A stretch of 64,000 nt of DNA from Vermamoeba vermiformis (lineage: Eukaryota). The stretch covers positions 62,001 through 126,000 of the forward strand of contig JBEWZL010000219.1 in assembly GCA_045837725.1 (NCBI GenBank). The letters are read 5' to 3'. The notes below the pieces were generated by a model. It searched no databases and was not told where the DNA came from. It saw only the letters and a program-made list of their open reading frames with translations. This document shows, piece after piece, positions 1 through 12,691 of the stretch. The stretch's first letter is position 1; each line of letters starts with the position of its first letter. Position numbers and translations under genes: made by a program.

Positions 1-38
1 AGTATTAAGACGACGAGTACTAATATTGTGTATGATAG

Positions 39-1745
39 ATTAAGCCCAGATTGATCACTCAATGGAAGAATTTCTTCAACAAGTGGTACGAGAACGCTGA
101 TGAGCCGATTGATGAAATTGACGGTGTACCATCATATTCTGACGTCAAAATGACTCCTATGCAACAGAGGTACGTAGCTACGACGTTTATGAGTGCAATC
201 TTCTAACAGAGCATTGTTAGATTGTTTTCGTTGATGAACGAGTACGTCGATATTTGCTACAGTGGCCGAACAGTGCAAAACGCCAAACAAATTCGCGGTG
301 CTTATGTCTTGCACACAGTCAACCATTTGTTCAAGACGCGCGATAGAATCTTGAAAAATAACGGAAGATTGCACAGCAACAAAGACTTGGAGTTCAGAGA
401 CCAAGGCTTCACTCGTCCTAAAGTTTTGATCCTTCTGCCAATCAGAAGCGCAGCCTTAGATGTTGTTGAAGATATTTTAAGCTTAATGCCGAAAAATCAG
501 CGCGACAGAGTGCAAAACAAGAAGAAATTCTACGAAGAGTTTTTGGATGCGACGTACACACCTGTGAGACCTAAATTGGGCGAGTGGTTGCAGATCTTCC
601 GAGGCAACACTGACGACAGCTTCAGAATCGGTCTTGCCGTGACAAAGAAGTCCATCAATCTCTATAGCGTAAGTATAATAGCCTGTACGAGTACCTCAAA
701 TCTAACACGTGTCCAGGAATTTTATGGATCCGACATCATTGTTGCGTCACCTTTAGGCCTCCGTCTTGCCATTGAACAGCATGACGATGATCACGACTAC
801 TTGTCTTCCATCGAGCTTACAATTGTTGATCATGCTGACATGCTTCTCATGCAAAACTGGGACCACCTCAAGTTCATCTTTGACAGACTCAACAAGACTC
901 CCAAGAAGCCCGATCACACCGACTTTTCACGCGTTAAACAATGGTACCTAGATGAGCACGCACAGTATTACCGCCAGACATTGGTCTTCAGCGGCGCGTT
1001 AAATATTGACATCAACTCGCTGTTCAACCGCAGCTGCCACAACACGCTGGGCAAGCTCAAGATCAAGCCCAATTACAGCGTTGGTGCCGTGAGTCAAGTT
1101 ATCCCTAAGATCAGACAAATCTTCCATCGCATTGAATGCACGTCTGCCAAACAACTCGATGACGCACGATTCAATTACTTTGTAACGGAAGTTTATCCGC
1201 ACATCAAGACTACACTGCAGCACGGTGTGTTGATCTACATCCCTTCGTACTTCGACTACGTGCGCATCAGAAACTTCTTCAGACAAAAGCAGAAGACTGA
1301 AGAGATTCTGTTCACTCAAACTTGCGAGTAAGTAGCGAATGCGGATTTGGATCCGATCTTCTTACTAATAACTTCGTAGGTACACTTCTGAGGCTAACAT
1401 TTCTCGAGCTCGTTCAAACTTCTACCACGGCAAGCGAGATATCCTGCTTTTCACTGAACGCTTCCATTACTATAACAGGCAAGTAAAACCAAAAGAATGA
1501 AAATCCGGATCTAGGCCTAATTCTTTTTCTTTAGATTTTTCATTCGTGGAATTAAGCACATTATCTTCTATTCGTTACCTGTATTCCCGCACTTCTATCC
1601 AGAAATGGTCAACATGGTTCCAGATGACGGCACCGTTCTCTCAGTGTTCAGCCACTTTGATGCCCTCCAATTAGAACCTGTTGTTGGCACTAAGCGCTGC
1701 GAGCGATTATTATCGTCAGAAAAAGCAACACATTTGTTCTGTTAA
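39..1745 (+). CDS. UTP25: U3 snoRNA-associated protein 25 (UTP25/DIEXF/Def), 5' end lies outside the window; multi-exon
   Basis: Motifs YVLHTVNH, RDQGFTRPKVLILLP, FRGNTDDSFRIG, SDIIVASPLGL, MQNWDHL, YIPSYFDYVRIRN, TERFHYYNRF. Stop TAA at 1743-1745. Includes a GC-AG intron at 1479-1534. Confidence 0.95.
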
Positions 1746-1863
1746 TACAAAATAAATTTTGAATTAGATCCCGTAGAATTTTTGGCGGCCAAGTTTTTTT
1801 TCGCAAGTCAAGCTAAAACCGCGTTCCAAAATATTGCGCATTATTATTTTGTACACTGAAAAT

Positions 1864-4800
1864 ATGTCAAAGAGAACCGCAGATGAGATCGGACTTGGAG
1901 ATGAAGAAAGATCCATCAAGAAACAAAAATTAGACGATAATATTAGTCATTTCGATAACCTTCCCATAGAAGCATTATTAACAATATTTTTATGGGTACC
2001 ATATGAAGAATTAGGTAAGCAGATCGGATCGGGATCTCGAAAAATTATTAATTATTAATTTATTACCAAAAAAAAAATAAAATTATTATATGACACGATT
2101 GCCTTCAGCCATACTTGACATATTCTAATAACGATCATTCAGCAAAATGCGCCGTGGTTAATAAATCCTGGGCACATCTGCTTCGGCAGAAAGAGTTATG
2201 GAAGCAGAAAACTATTAAAAAATACGGCATCAGCGTGACAGAAAAGAAAATAGATCCTTTATTGGCTTGTTTGACAGGTATTACTTGCGATCGAACGCGA
2301 TCCGATCTCGATCGTCTAACTTTTTTTCATAGATAATGGAGTTATTCAAGATTGGAGGCGATATTATTTATTAAGGTATCAATGGCAATCATTACACGGC
2401 GATTTTTTAACATTTGATTCGCGATCTAGATCCCTCCTTTCAAAAGTTGTCTCTGTTATTTTTAATTTCGTAACGGACTCTGGATTCAAGGTATGACCAG
2501 GATATATATTATTAATGTTATATATTTAATCCACATTATGCTGATAGAAACCGCCAATTAAGCTGGAAGATGACATTAGCGAAGCCACGATCAAAACTAC
2601 CGTACAATTACTTGCCTATCCTCGCTTCAATATCACTACAGAGTCATTAGAGCTGTATTTATCATATTTCACCGAATTCTTGAAGTTATATATTGACAGC
2701 CGAATGCCCGAGAAGGGCTTAATCCAGATCAGCAAGTTGATCTACGATTTTGTATTATTTGCTTGGAATTTGAACGGCAATGAAACTGCCGGTACTGACC
2801 CGAGAGTTAATGATATATTTGCTAAGTAAGTTAGTTACCTCATTTATATTTATTGAAACTAATTTTTTATCAGATTTGTAGCGGATCTGACTAAGCTATG
2901 TTACTACGCTAATGAGCGTAACTACGGAGTTCAATTATTGTTATCACTATTTGAGATTTGCGTGGTTGGCAGGCTAGTGTACCCCGCACCATTGGCTGAA
3001 GAATTGATGCGCGCAGTATTGACCCTCAGTGCCGTCAACGGCTCACTTGCAAGCGAATGGGTACGTCACTAAACAATTTATATCATTTACTTCTTCGCGT
3101 CAATTAATTCAAAAATAGAGCACCTTTGATGCCAATGTAGATAATAGAGGTGGTACTGAACCCGGACAAAATATTCGTACCGTCATCGAGCCGTTATTTC
3201 AAGACGAGAAGATGAGCGAGATAGCCAATGTGCTGTTGAAAATCGTTCATGAATTCACCTTGCACAGCGACTATCGCATGCGAGCGTGTGCGTTGAGTGC
3301 CCTGAAAACTCTCGGAGTTAACCCTCAATGGCTCGATGAAGCCCTGCCGCGTGTCATAGAGTACGCATCCAAATTTAGCATTCTGAATAGCCCTAATAAT
3401 TATTATTATAGGGAGATATTGCCACTCGTTACTGACCCCTCCAATGCGGTGCGAACAATTGCAGTGGATCTGTTGTACATTGGTTTTGACACCGTACTTG
3501 ACTCGAGCATACAATCCTTGAGCAAGCCTCAATTGCAGAAAATAATCAGCATATTAATCTCTCAAATTGATATTAACTCTACTACAAGGTACTATTGTCG
3601 TCATAATAATCTTATTGAAGCTAACTACTATATATTCAGAATGAAATGCCCGTTGGTGTTGTACACGTTGTTGATTAAGTACAGCGATAATAGATATGAT
3701 TTGTTAAGCGAAGACGATATCAATGCTATTGGCGAGAAGTTATTAGAACTATTGAAGTATCAAATTGAGAAAGGCGAGCACGTTAATGACGTACTGAATG
3801 CGGTGTCAGATACGGCTGGATTTATGCACAGCAGCTTTACTAAAGTAAGTACTAATAGTTTAGTATAATTAGTATTAATTTTTTATTAGTTTTATGAACC
3901 GTTTGTGCGACTGTCTGAGTCACTTTTGAGCAACAACATTGCGAAGAAATCAAACGTTATTACGACTATGACACTATTAGGAGCATCTGTCGGCAAAGAT
4001 ACGTTCAAAAAAGATGTTAAGAAGATGTTAGATGATATTTTGGGCGAGCAGACGATGGAGATCTACCAGCTGGATGATTTCAACAAAGGATATTTCCTAG
4101 CTCACGCAACTCCGCAAATCTACGAGTGCTTGTTAGACGAATTCGACGAATATTTGCCGAAAATTATTCCAATATTGTTGGACACTGCTGAACGAGCCAT
4201 TGAAGTACATCAAGAAGCGATGAATCTGGATGGAGACGACTGGGGCAATGATGTGCCAATGCCTGAGAACATTCAATTAACCGTAAGTGTACGCAATATA
4301 CATGATGCACGTTTATTAATATTTTTGATCAGTTTGAACGTCCTGATGCGGAACAAGCGGATCTGAAACTAGATTCACTTGCGACTTTGATCTTTTTGAT
4401 CAAGAAACTCAATCTTAAATATGCTCCTTTCGTTGAAAGAACTCTCACTACTTTCATAAATATTGCAGCAGCTAGAGAATTGCCTGGCGACAAAAATTGT
4501 AAGTCCAAGAAAATATTTTGTACCGGATCTGACTTTTGAATGTAGCTGTTACAATGTTCAGTCTGCTTAATACACTCTCTGTATTATGTGACATATATTG
4601 CACAACTTCAGTGACTCCTGAGAAGCTCAGAGAGACTTACGACCAAATTATTGAGACGCTTCAAGGCACGTTTTCGGACAACATTATTGACTTTGAATAT
4701 TATTCAGTAGCCCTACAAACTATTAAAGAAGTAAGTAGCCGAGACCTCCTTAATAATAATAATACATATGACTCATCTGCTGAATCAGATATTCAGTAAA

Positions 4801-5989
4801 ATGAAGGGCAAATTCGAGTTCACGCAAGAACACATGGTGGAACTGTTAGACTGGTTGATGGAAGTAGTCGATCTCGTGGACTTCAATCACGATGATCATG
4901 CTGCTGGCACTGATATAGCGAACGATCAAATCAATACTGATCGCGAGGTAAGTGCTGGATCGAGCAGTTTGAAAAATAGAGAAATTTATTTTTAATTATT
5001 TACTAATGATTATTATATTTAAGATTGACGAAACTTTGGTATCAATCATCGATCTGAATAAGGATGCTTTCTTAGAAGCGTTCAAGACGCATCCGTTCAG
5101 AGAATGGATCACGGATCGAACAGTGCATTCAGGCATCGCTGACCTAAGCGTGCACGAGCAACATAATGCCGCAGTATTCCTCGATATTATTGCCGAGAAA
5201 TATGGCGATGAAGTCTGGGAGTACGTTAAACCTGCTTTGGTTTCTATCACCACCAAGATTACAACACCGGATCCGTACCTGCGGCAATCGATCGTGTTTG
5301 CTATTGGTACTCTCGTTCAACACTTTACAAACAAAGTAGAGAAAACTATACCAAGTAAGTTTCGATTTTTTCTGCGGATGTGTACAGCCGAGCTAATCCG
5401 GATCAATTTTGTAGCTTTCGTTGAAAAGCTTGTGGAGGCTTACAATTTGCCAAACAAGGCACAAAATGACTCATTAAGTGCTACCGACAATGTTATTAGT
5501 ACATTAATGAAGATTTGGGCAGTAAAGCCTGGATCGTCCGACTTCAAGCAGATCTTCGGTATTGTACTGGAGTGGGGCCCGCTCAGAGAAGACGTTGATG
5601 AAGCAAAATACGTTCATCCAGTATTGTTGAAGACTATACTAGAGTAAGTGAAAGGAATTTATGACAGAAGATCAGATCCAATTGCTGATCTTAAAACGGT
5701 ACGCGGCCTAATCCATTATTATAGGAATCCTAAGCTCGTACTTGACGGAGAAGATAGACTACGGCTATTTATTTTGTATATTATTGGCTTACTCTCCAAG
5801 CCAATGTACGTCAAAGAAGAGCAATTGCGGCAGTTAATTGTGTCTTCGTGGACTTTGGTCAGATCTACATTCAGCGAAGAGTTTAATAACGTACTCAGCC
5901 AATTGAACGACATGCAAAAGAATATGCTAGAAAAAGCGATAGAGAAAGGCGAGTGGCCCGTTTATGAAGACAAAAAGGATAAAAAATAA
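1864..5989 (+). CDS. F-box protein with C-terminal importin-beta (IPO5/Kap121-like) HEAT region; multi-exon
   Basis: Spliced N-terminus FDNLPIEALLTIFLWVPYEELAKCAVVNKSW (F-box) preceded by a KR...KKQK NLS-like stretch. C-terminal LRQSIVFAIG, ATDNVISTLMKI and PLREDVDEAKYVH resemble the importin-5 C-terminus. The exon junctions I traced keep frame. Confidence 0.7.
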
Positions 5990-6042
5990 AAATATTCCAA
6001 AGCGTGTAGTCAATGCGAAAAGATTTTTATGTTCACTTGCCT

Positions 6043-6720
6043 TTAGTCCACTATGTGATCGAATTGCTTCGTAGACAGCGATTCGATTCTTAACTTTTGC
6101 CTTAGTTGTGGATCAGCAGAACTGGCTCGCCTAAGCTCCATGCTATACGCACCACTTGCTTCGTTCATGTCAAAGCCTACAACTATATGTAAATAACTAG
6201 TATTTATTTCCACGTTCACTTTCTATGGCATTCTCTTGACTGAGTGTACAAATGAACAGGATAAATCAGATTTTATGGCTCGCGATTTCGGCAGGTCACG
6301 GGCCAAAAAATATAGACCTCTAATTCCTAACACAGATCAAAAAGCTGTACTTGGTCGAGCTGTAGAAGGACAGCTTAGGCATGCCATAATAAGCAGACTT
6401 CGAGGACACGTAAAGGATCTTGACCTGGAGTCTTGCGAAATTCGGGCAAAGAAAGATCAGGTACTTGTTGCCCTTGACGTTCGGCTCGTACGCGTCGTAG
6501 AAGAACGAGTCAAGTTTTCTTCAGACGTCTGGAAATAACTGCACCCGATCCCAAGCGTGGTTCAAGTGAGCACATCCACTTCGGTAATAAATAAGCTATC
6601 CAGTTGCAGTGAATTGTATATGAATGATTACTTACTTTTTATACGCACGTATAAGAGGTTTTCTTCGTGTGAGTGATTATAGTACAAATAATTAATTTGT
6701 ACTGCCGCATCGATCAATCC
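6043..6720 (-). pseudogene. Disrupted or poorly assembled unknown gene fragment
   Basis: Minus-strand coding-like segments (DSFFYDAYEPNVKGNKYLIFLCPNFARLQVKILY; FDMNEASGAYSMELRR...HIVD*) and a GTAAGT donor near 6635, but frames are broken by stops or indels near 6515. Confidence 0.3.
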
Positions 6721-7111
6721 TTATCCGTCTCGCGGTTTTTCTTATTCCTTTAGAACTTGGTTGTCATATTATCATTCCTTCATGCACATTATTGAACACC
6801 AATTGTAGTACAATTTGTCAATCTTTAAAGTCAAATTCGCAATTACGATTCGATGCGGAATTTGGACAGTACTAACACTTCAGCGCTATAGGACCACAAT
6901 GACATAATATGCTTCTTGGGGACGCTACAGAATGCAAAATACAGCGAGTTTGAACGTTTTCCGTTATAAATTAGTTTCGCGGATGTACTCGTGAAAGTAC
7001 TTTTATTTGAGTGTACAATTACAAAATTGGCGTCAAGCCTAATACAATGATCCACTAATGTTACATTAATAATCTACTAATACATTTGACTCGGTGAGTC
7101 TGAGAAACGAT

Positions 7112-7304
7112 TTAGTAGTAGGTATTGTAGCTATTAGCAGTGTCTCGCGTTCCAATGTTGGTGTTCTCGGTGGAGGTAGTACCAGTGTTGTTGTTAGAGT
7201 TGTCAACAACAAAAAGGTCGCTGACAGTAGTAGGAGAGTAGTAGTACCGTCGCCATCCCCCGCAAATTAATTTGAGTTCCGCTAATAGGCCGAACACCGC
7301 CCAT
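7112..7304 (-). pseudogene. Frameshifted copy of small Asn/Thr-rich peptide gene (pseudogene or assembly indel)
   Basis: ATG at 7304 in the same context as the intact copy (CACTTCAAG/CACTTCACG ATG GGC). The C-terminus FVVDNSNNNTGTTSTENTNIGTRDTANSYNTYY is in a different frame from the ATG; the span is 193 nt. Confidence 0.6.
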
Positions 7305-7853
7305 CTTGAAGTGTTTTAGGAAAATTGTTGTTGTGAGTTGAAAGAAAAAAAAGCCCCGGGGGAGGACCCTCGGTATGAAACGGATTTTCTCGGCAGCAGT
7401 CACTGAGCAAAAAAGCACAAAATAGGAGACCGGTCCTATGGAAAAAAAATGGAGAATCCACGTTGGAGCTCCGCGCGCCGAAAATTCATCTGACCACCCC
7501 AACGCCGCGTACCGGCCGGACACGCCGCGTCGGGGAAAAGAAGCGACCCGTGATCTCCAGCCCTGGCCGCAGCGAGTGCGTCCGAAGATGCACTCAAATG
7601 GGGTCGCCTATTGTGTTGCCCTTTGCTAGGTTGAGCGAAAAATGACCCCCCGCCACGGGGAGGACGCCACACATCCGTGAACACGAGCCGAGGTGGAGTG
7701 AGACAAGCCTAGGACCACAGTAACAAAATTGCTTCTTAATAACGCACGGAATGTAAAAGAGCGAGTTTGAACGTTTTACGTCACAAATATTGCGGGATGA
7801 CTGTGAAGTATTTTTTTGAGTAAAATAGACCTGAACTTTAGTTGAGAAACGAT

Positions 7854-8066
7854 TTAGTAGTAGGTATTGTAGATATTAGCAGTGTCTCGCGTTCCAATGT
7901 TGGTGTTCTCGTTGTAAGTACCGTTACTAGTGTTGTTGCCAGTGTTGTTAGAGTTGTCAACAATAAAAATGACTTGTTCGGTGACCGTAGAACCGGTACC
8001 GTCGTCATTGCCGTAAAAGCTAAGTGCACTAACGCTAACAGTCTGCCTGCCTGCTACAATGCCCAT
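7854..8066 (-). CDS. Small intronless Asn/Thr/Gly-rich peptide (70 aa) ending in YNTYY, unknown function
   Basis: Intact ATG-to-TAA ORF; paralogous copy 742 bp away conserves the start context and C-terminus. Confidence 0.6.
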   Translation of the reverse strand: MGIVAGRQTVSVSALSFYGNDDGTGSTVTEQVIFIVDNSNNTGNNTSNGTYNENTNIGTRDTANIYNTYY

Positions 8067-8914
8067 CGTGAAGTGTGGAAATGTGTTGTGGTGTTGTTGA
8101 GTTTGAAAGATAAAATTTAGTCACGTCAAGTCGGGAATCGCCTGAAGTGTTTTCTAAAAGGAGGCTCGGGGGTTTTTTTTTCCCGACAACCCGAAGTATG
8201 ACAGGTCTGAAAATTTTTGTCGCCTTTACGTAGAATTATTCCTCGCCAGCTACTGCTATTATTGGCGTTTCTTTTTGACACGTGTTGTGGACTCGTGCTT
8301 TAAACAGTGAGTCAGAAACGAGTACAAAAAGATAAACTGAAGAATTGTAAGTTACATTAGCTATATAATACTATGATAGATCGGGGGTTTGGCGATGCAT
8401 TCTGTTTACAATCGATGAAACGAAATCTGCCGCGGATTTGCTGAGTTCCCTATTTACTTCTTTTGGCCTGATATAAAGCATTAGCTAATTATTAAGTAAA
8501 TGAAACGAACTAAGCAGAAATTCCTTTACGCTACTAAAGAATAAATAATTATACGTAAAATTTGTTCTGATCCCAAAGAACATTACAAATTATACGTATA
8601 ATTCGGATAAATTATTAATAATAAAGATTACCATCTTTTTTTCATTTTCTGTTGGCTCTGAGGCCTCAGATCTCAAAGCTATCTCATAGCTATCCGCAAC
8701 GTTTGCTTTGTTCACGCCAAGCTACAACTATAATATAGTATAAATCTAGTCAATTACTTTCGGTGGCATTTCACTTGCTGAGTGGACATGAAAATGAACC
8801 TGTAGTGTAGTTCTCAAGCCGACGCCAAAAATATCAGTGCTATCGCTGTATTTGACAGGTCGGCAATAAAAACGTTAAAATTAGCGAAGATCATTTCACG
8901 ATTAAATTAGGAAG

Positions 8915-11900
8915 ATGAAAGCCACATTAGTCCTTGTGATTTTGGGCTTCGTTTCGCTTTCTACCGCGTTCGAAATCTTCGTGGCACCAAACGGAAATGA
9001 CAACTGGAGCGGATCGCTTGCTGAACCTACTTCAAGTGATGGCCCGCTTCAGACGTTAGGACGAGCACAGAGTTTATTGCGCGAGTTGAAGCAGAACGGA
9101 TCTTTGCCCAGCGAAACCATTTTCGTCACTCTGAGAGAAGGAGATTATCGCATTCAGCAAACTTGGGCCTTTACTGCAGCTGATTCAGGACTTACAACGG
9201 CCACTCCTATAATTTATCGGTAAATATTGAACAGAATCTCGAAGTTGAACAATCACGGTGACATCCGTGACGGATTAGGCTTCCAACCCGATTTTCGGAC
9301 TTAACCCAATTAAAAATAGGTCCTCCGCTTATTTTCGATATTATTTCTGAACCTGTTCTTTTTTAGGAATTACAACGGAGAGAAAGTTCGTGTTCTTGGA
9401 TCTGCTCAATTAACTGGCTGGACCAAAGCGACGAACAACGCTTATATTCCAGATATTACTAATGTATTGCAAGTATGTGGCGAGCCCGTCGCAAATATCT
9501 TGGCATTGAACGGAAACAAAACATTCCACTCGCTTTTTGTGAATGGTGAGCGAGCAGTTAGATCCAGAATACCCAACAACAACGATGTATTAATTTGGGT
9601 GACTTCATTCACAAATCCGCAAGTAAACATCTCAGATCCAGCGGGCAAGACAGGTACACAAAATCTTCCGGTTTTTTTTTGTTTTTAAAATAATTTACTT
9701 GCTTGCCACAAGAATTTATTACTTTTAATACTGCCTATTTTATGGCAATTTAGAATTTTTGTCGATTTAGCTAAGCTAATTTTTTTAATTCTGATCAGGC
9801 TTCGTTTTCCGCGGGAACGATTTGAATCCGAACTGGTACAACCTCAATGACGTTAATTTGATCTATTACTATGCATGGACCACCGAGTACAACTGGATCA
9901 AGTCCATTGACACGAGCAACAATTCCGTCTTCTTCAGCACACCTTCATCTATCGTGCCAGGCGGTTGGAACTACAACAAACGATATTACGTCGAGAACGT
10001 GCTCGAAGCATTAGATCAGCCGCACGAATGGTACCTCGATGCCGCGAACAACTGCGTGTACTACTATCCGACTGCTTGGGAGGACATGAACTCGATCCAA
10101 GTTGAAGTACCACTCGTGCAGTTCTTAGTGCGCCTCACTGGTGCCGCGAACATTCAGTTCCAAGGCATCGAATTCGCCAACTCTGATTGGCAGGTGTACA
10201 GATCCAGCAACCAAGTCTTCGGCGCCTCGCAATCAGCGTCGAACCCAAGCTTAGCTGGCATGATTTATCTGACTGGCACGAGCAACATCGTGTTTGACTC
10301 GGTGACTATTGCCAACACAGCGACATACGGCGTGTACGTGGACAGTTCTAACTACTTCAAGGTAAGTATAAAGAAGTATACAGCGGGATCTTTATGCAGG
10401 TCTAACGTCCTGTCATTAGCTCACCAACAGTCATTTGTATAATTTGGGTGCAGGAGGTGTGTGGACAGGTGGACAGACGAGCTATTCGGTCATTGAGAAC
10501 AATTACATTCACACGGGCAGTCGTGTTTTCTACGCTGGTGCGGGCATTCTGTTGCAGACAGGCTCGCACAACATTATCAAAAACAACGAAGTTGCCGACC
10601 TCTATTACACGGCAGTGAGCGTTGGCTGGCAGTGGGGCTACGGCGCTACAACTGCCTGGAACAACAGCGTAACCAACAACTATCTGCATCACATCGGACA
10701 GAACGTACTCAGCGACATGGGCGGTACTTACACATTGGGGTATGTTTGAAGGCGTAAAGCTATCTGCTGTTCGATATTAACCAGGCTATTAGTGTCTCGC
10801 CAATGACTGAGATCAAACAAAATCACATCCACACTATCTACGGCTTCAGTTACGGAGGTTGGGGTGCTTACAACGATGAAGGCTCGTCGCACATTGTCAC
10901 TTCCAAGAACATCATCTGGGACACTAGTACGTACCAGACACATGTTGCTCTGAGTCTCTAATCACTTTGACAGACAGCGAGACAGTCTTCATTCACTACG
11001 GAGCCAATCTCACGGCCACTGAAAATGTGCTCGTTCCTGGTGCAAACAACGCCTTCCAAAACTCGCGAGACGGCAATAGCGATTGGGACTGGACTATTTA
11101 CAAGAACGTAAGTACTTACACAATCAACGTCAATTGATAACACATTGACTAGACCGTGCTGCTCCTCACTGGCTATGCTTACGGTGCCATGACTCCGACA
11201 TCAAATTGGACCACGAACTCGAACTTGTTCCTCGATATGGGCTGTCCTCATGGCATTAGTGCTCGTTATCCTTCGTCGAACTTGTCGGATTGGCAACAAA
11301 AGACTGGCAATGACTTGGACTCAATCTTACTTCCATTCAGTCGTTCAAATGTCCAAGCCATACAAAATGGCGACATGTCTTCGCTGCCTAAAGCTCAATT
11401 GCAAACACTTGGCATTGATCTTCCTGACCTCAGTGCTATCGGACTTCAATCAAGCATGTTGACGTACGTGTCTTGTGCAACTTTTCTATTATTTGCTAAT
11501 TATCCCTACAGCTTGAAACAAAGCTTTAAGATTGACACCTGCCGCCCTCTCAAAGACTACAACTTTGATTTTGAATTGTTTGAAGTGGCAGAGTCGTGGG
11601 GTGGTGTGTTGTTCACCGTGACACGTGACAGCGCTGCGCTTGGCCCGTGGATCGACGGTGGCCAACCCTCCGCAACAGCAGGAAAGCGAAGTCTGTGGTT
11701 CCAATCTCAAACGCAGAACACGCCAGGAATGACACTGCAGCCCACGCGTCAGATGGACGGCACTACAGATGTCACCTTTGACTTGTACTTGAACTCGTCG
11801 GATGCAGGCTTCCAAGTGGATGCTCGTGGTCAATGGGGCGGACCTCTGTTAGTCATTCAAAATCAAAATCTCACGTTGTCAGGTAAGCACGAGCTCTGGT

Positions 11901-12691
11901 TCTGTGTCACAAACTGACCATTTTTGACAGGTGTCACACAAAATGTGATCGTGCCAGTTCAACGGTGGGTTCGATTCTCGTTCGCAGTTGAGATTGGCAA
12001 TGGAGATTACACTTACACGATGCAAGATCTGACCACGCAAGAGAAACAAAGCTTCACTGGTACCTGTCTTCAAATTTTAAAATTTACTTTCTAACCAACA
12101 TTGATTTTTTAGTGCCTTCGACTCCGTTGTGCACATTCGGCCCGTTCTCAATGAGGGGCTGTTGGTGCTGCCAAAACTTCAGTGTGGGTCGACAACATTG
12201 GCGTGAATGCGCGTGGACCTACAGTGTCAATCGAAAAGAGTGCAGACAACACTGTACGCGTGCAATTTAATGACGATGTTAGTGACCTCTGTGGCTTGGA
12301 CTTGTATATCGATAATGCTCTTTACAAACGATTCTTCAGAGGTATGAAAGTCTGGATCTAGTTCGCGTGTGGATGTCACTTACCAAACTTACAGATGAAT
12401 TGGTTAATATCAACGAAGTCTCTGTTCACTTGAACAATGTTCCCCTCGGCCAGCACAACGCGTACGCAGTTGCCAAGAGCGATAGAAATCACACTCCTTC
12501 CTCCACACTGGCCCTCGAAGTCGTGGCGGAAACACCTTCAAGTACGTGTCACCCTCCCTTTCTGACACTTAATAATGATTACTAACGCCATTATTTTAGA
12601 CCCACAAAACGCTCCAAGCAGCGTGTCCTCGGCTAGTGTTGCGATCATTTCTTGGACAGTCGCTGTCACCATCTCACTCATGTTGCTGTAA
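8915..12691 (+). CDS. Secreted, probably GPI-anchored right-handed parallel beta-helix protein (GH141-like glycoside hydrolase); ~12 exons
   Basis: Signal peptide MKATLVLVILGFVSLSTA; FVAPNGNDNWSG...DGPLQTL; YYVENVLEALDQPHEWYLD; LSDMGGTYTLG; GWGAYNDEGSS; hydrophobic C-terminal tail SSASVAIISWTVAVTISLMLL*. Confidence 0.8.

Larger units (their letters stand above)
6889..8115. repeat. Diverged tandem duplication (units ~6889-7345 and ~7710-8115)
   Basis: Shared blocks TAGGACCACA (6889/7710), GCGAGTTTGAACGTTTT (6944/7761) and a 69-nt block 7101-7169 vs 7843-7911 with one mismatch. Confidence 0.9.

Noticed and set aside
6236-6538. 100-aa plus-strand ORF
   Set aside because: Non-ATG start, antisense to a more coding-like minus-strand frame.
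6490-6600. In-frame TGA in a minus-strand frame (possible Sec or readthrough)
   Set aside because: Neighbouring frames are also broken and no SECIS or redox motif was seen; an indel or pseudogene is more likely.
7101-7911. Possible CRISPR-like or LTR-like repeat
   Set aside because: Only two copies, which encode peptide C-termini; no spacer array, TG..CA termini, target-site duplication or cas/RT genes.
11955-11990. GGGTTCGATTC resembling a tRNA T-loop
   Set aside because: Lies in a coding exon of the beta-helix gene (QRWVRFSF); no cloverleaf or A-box.
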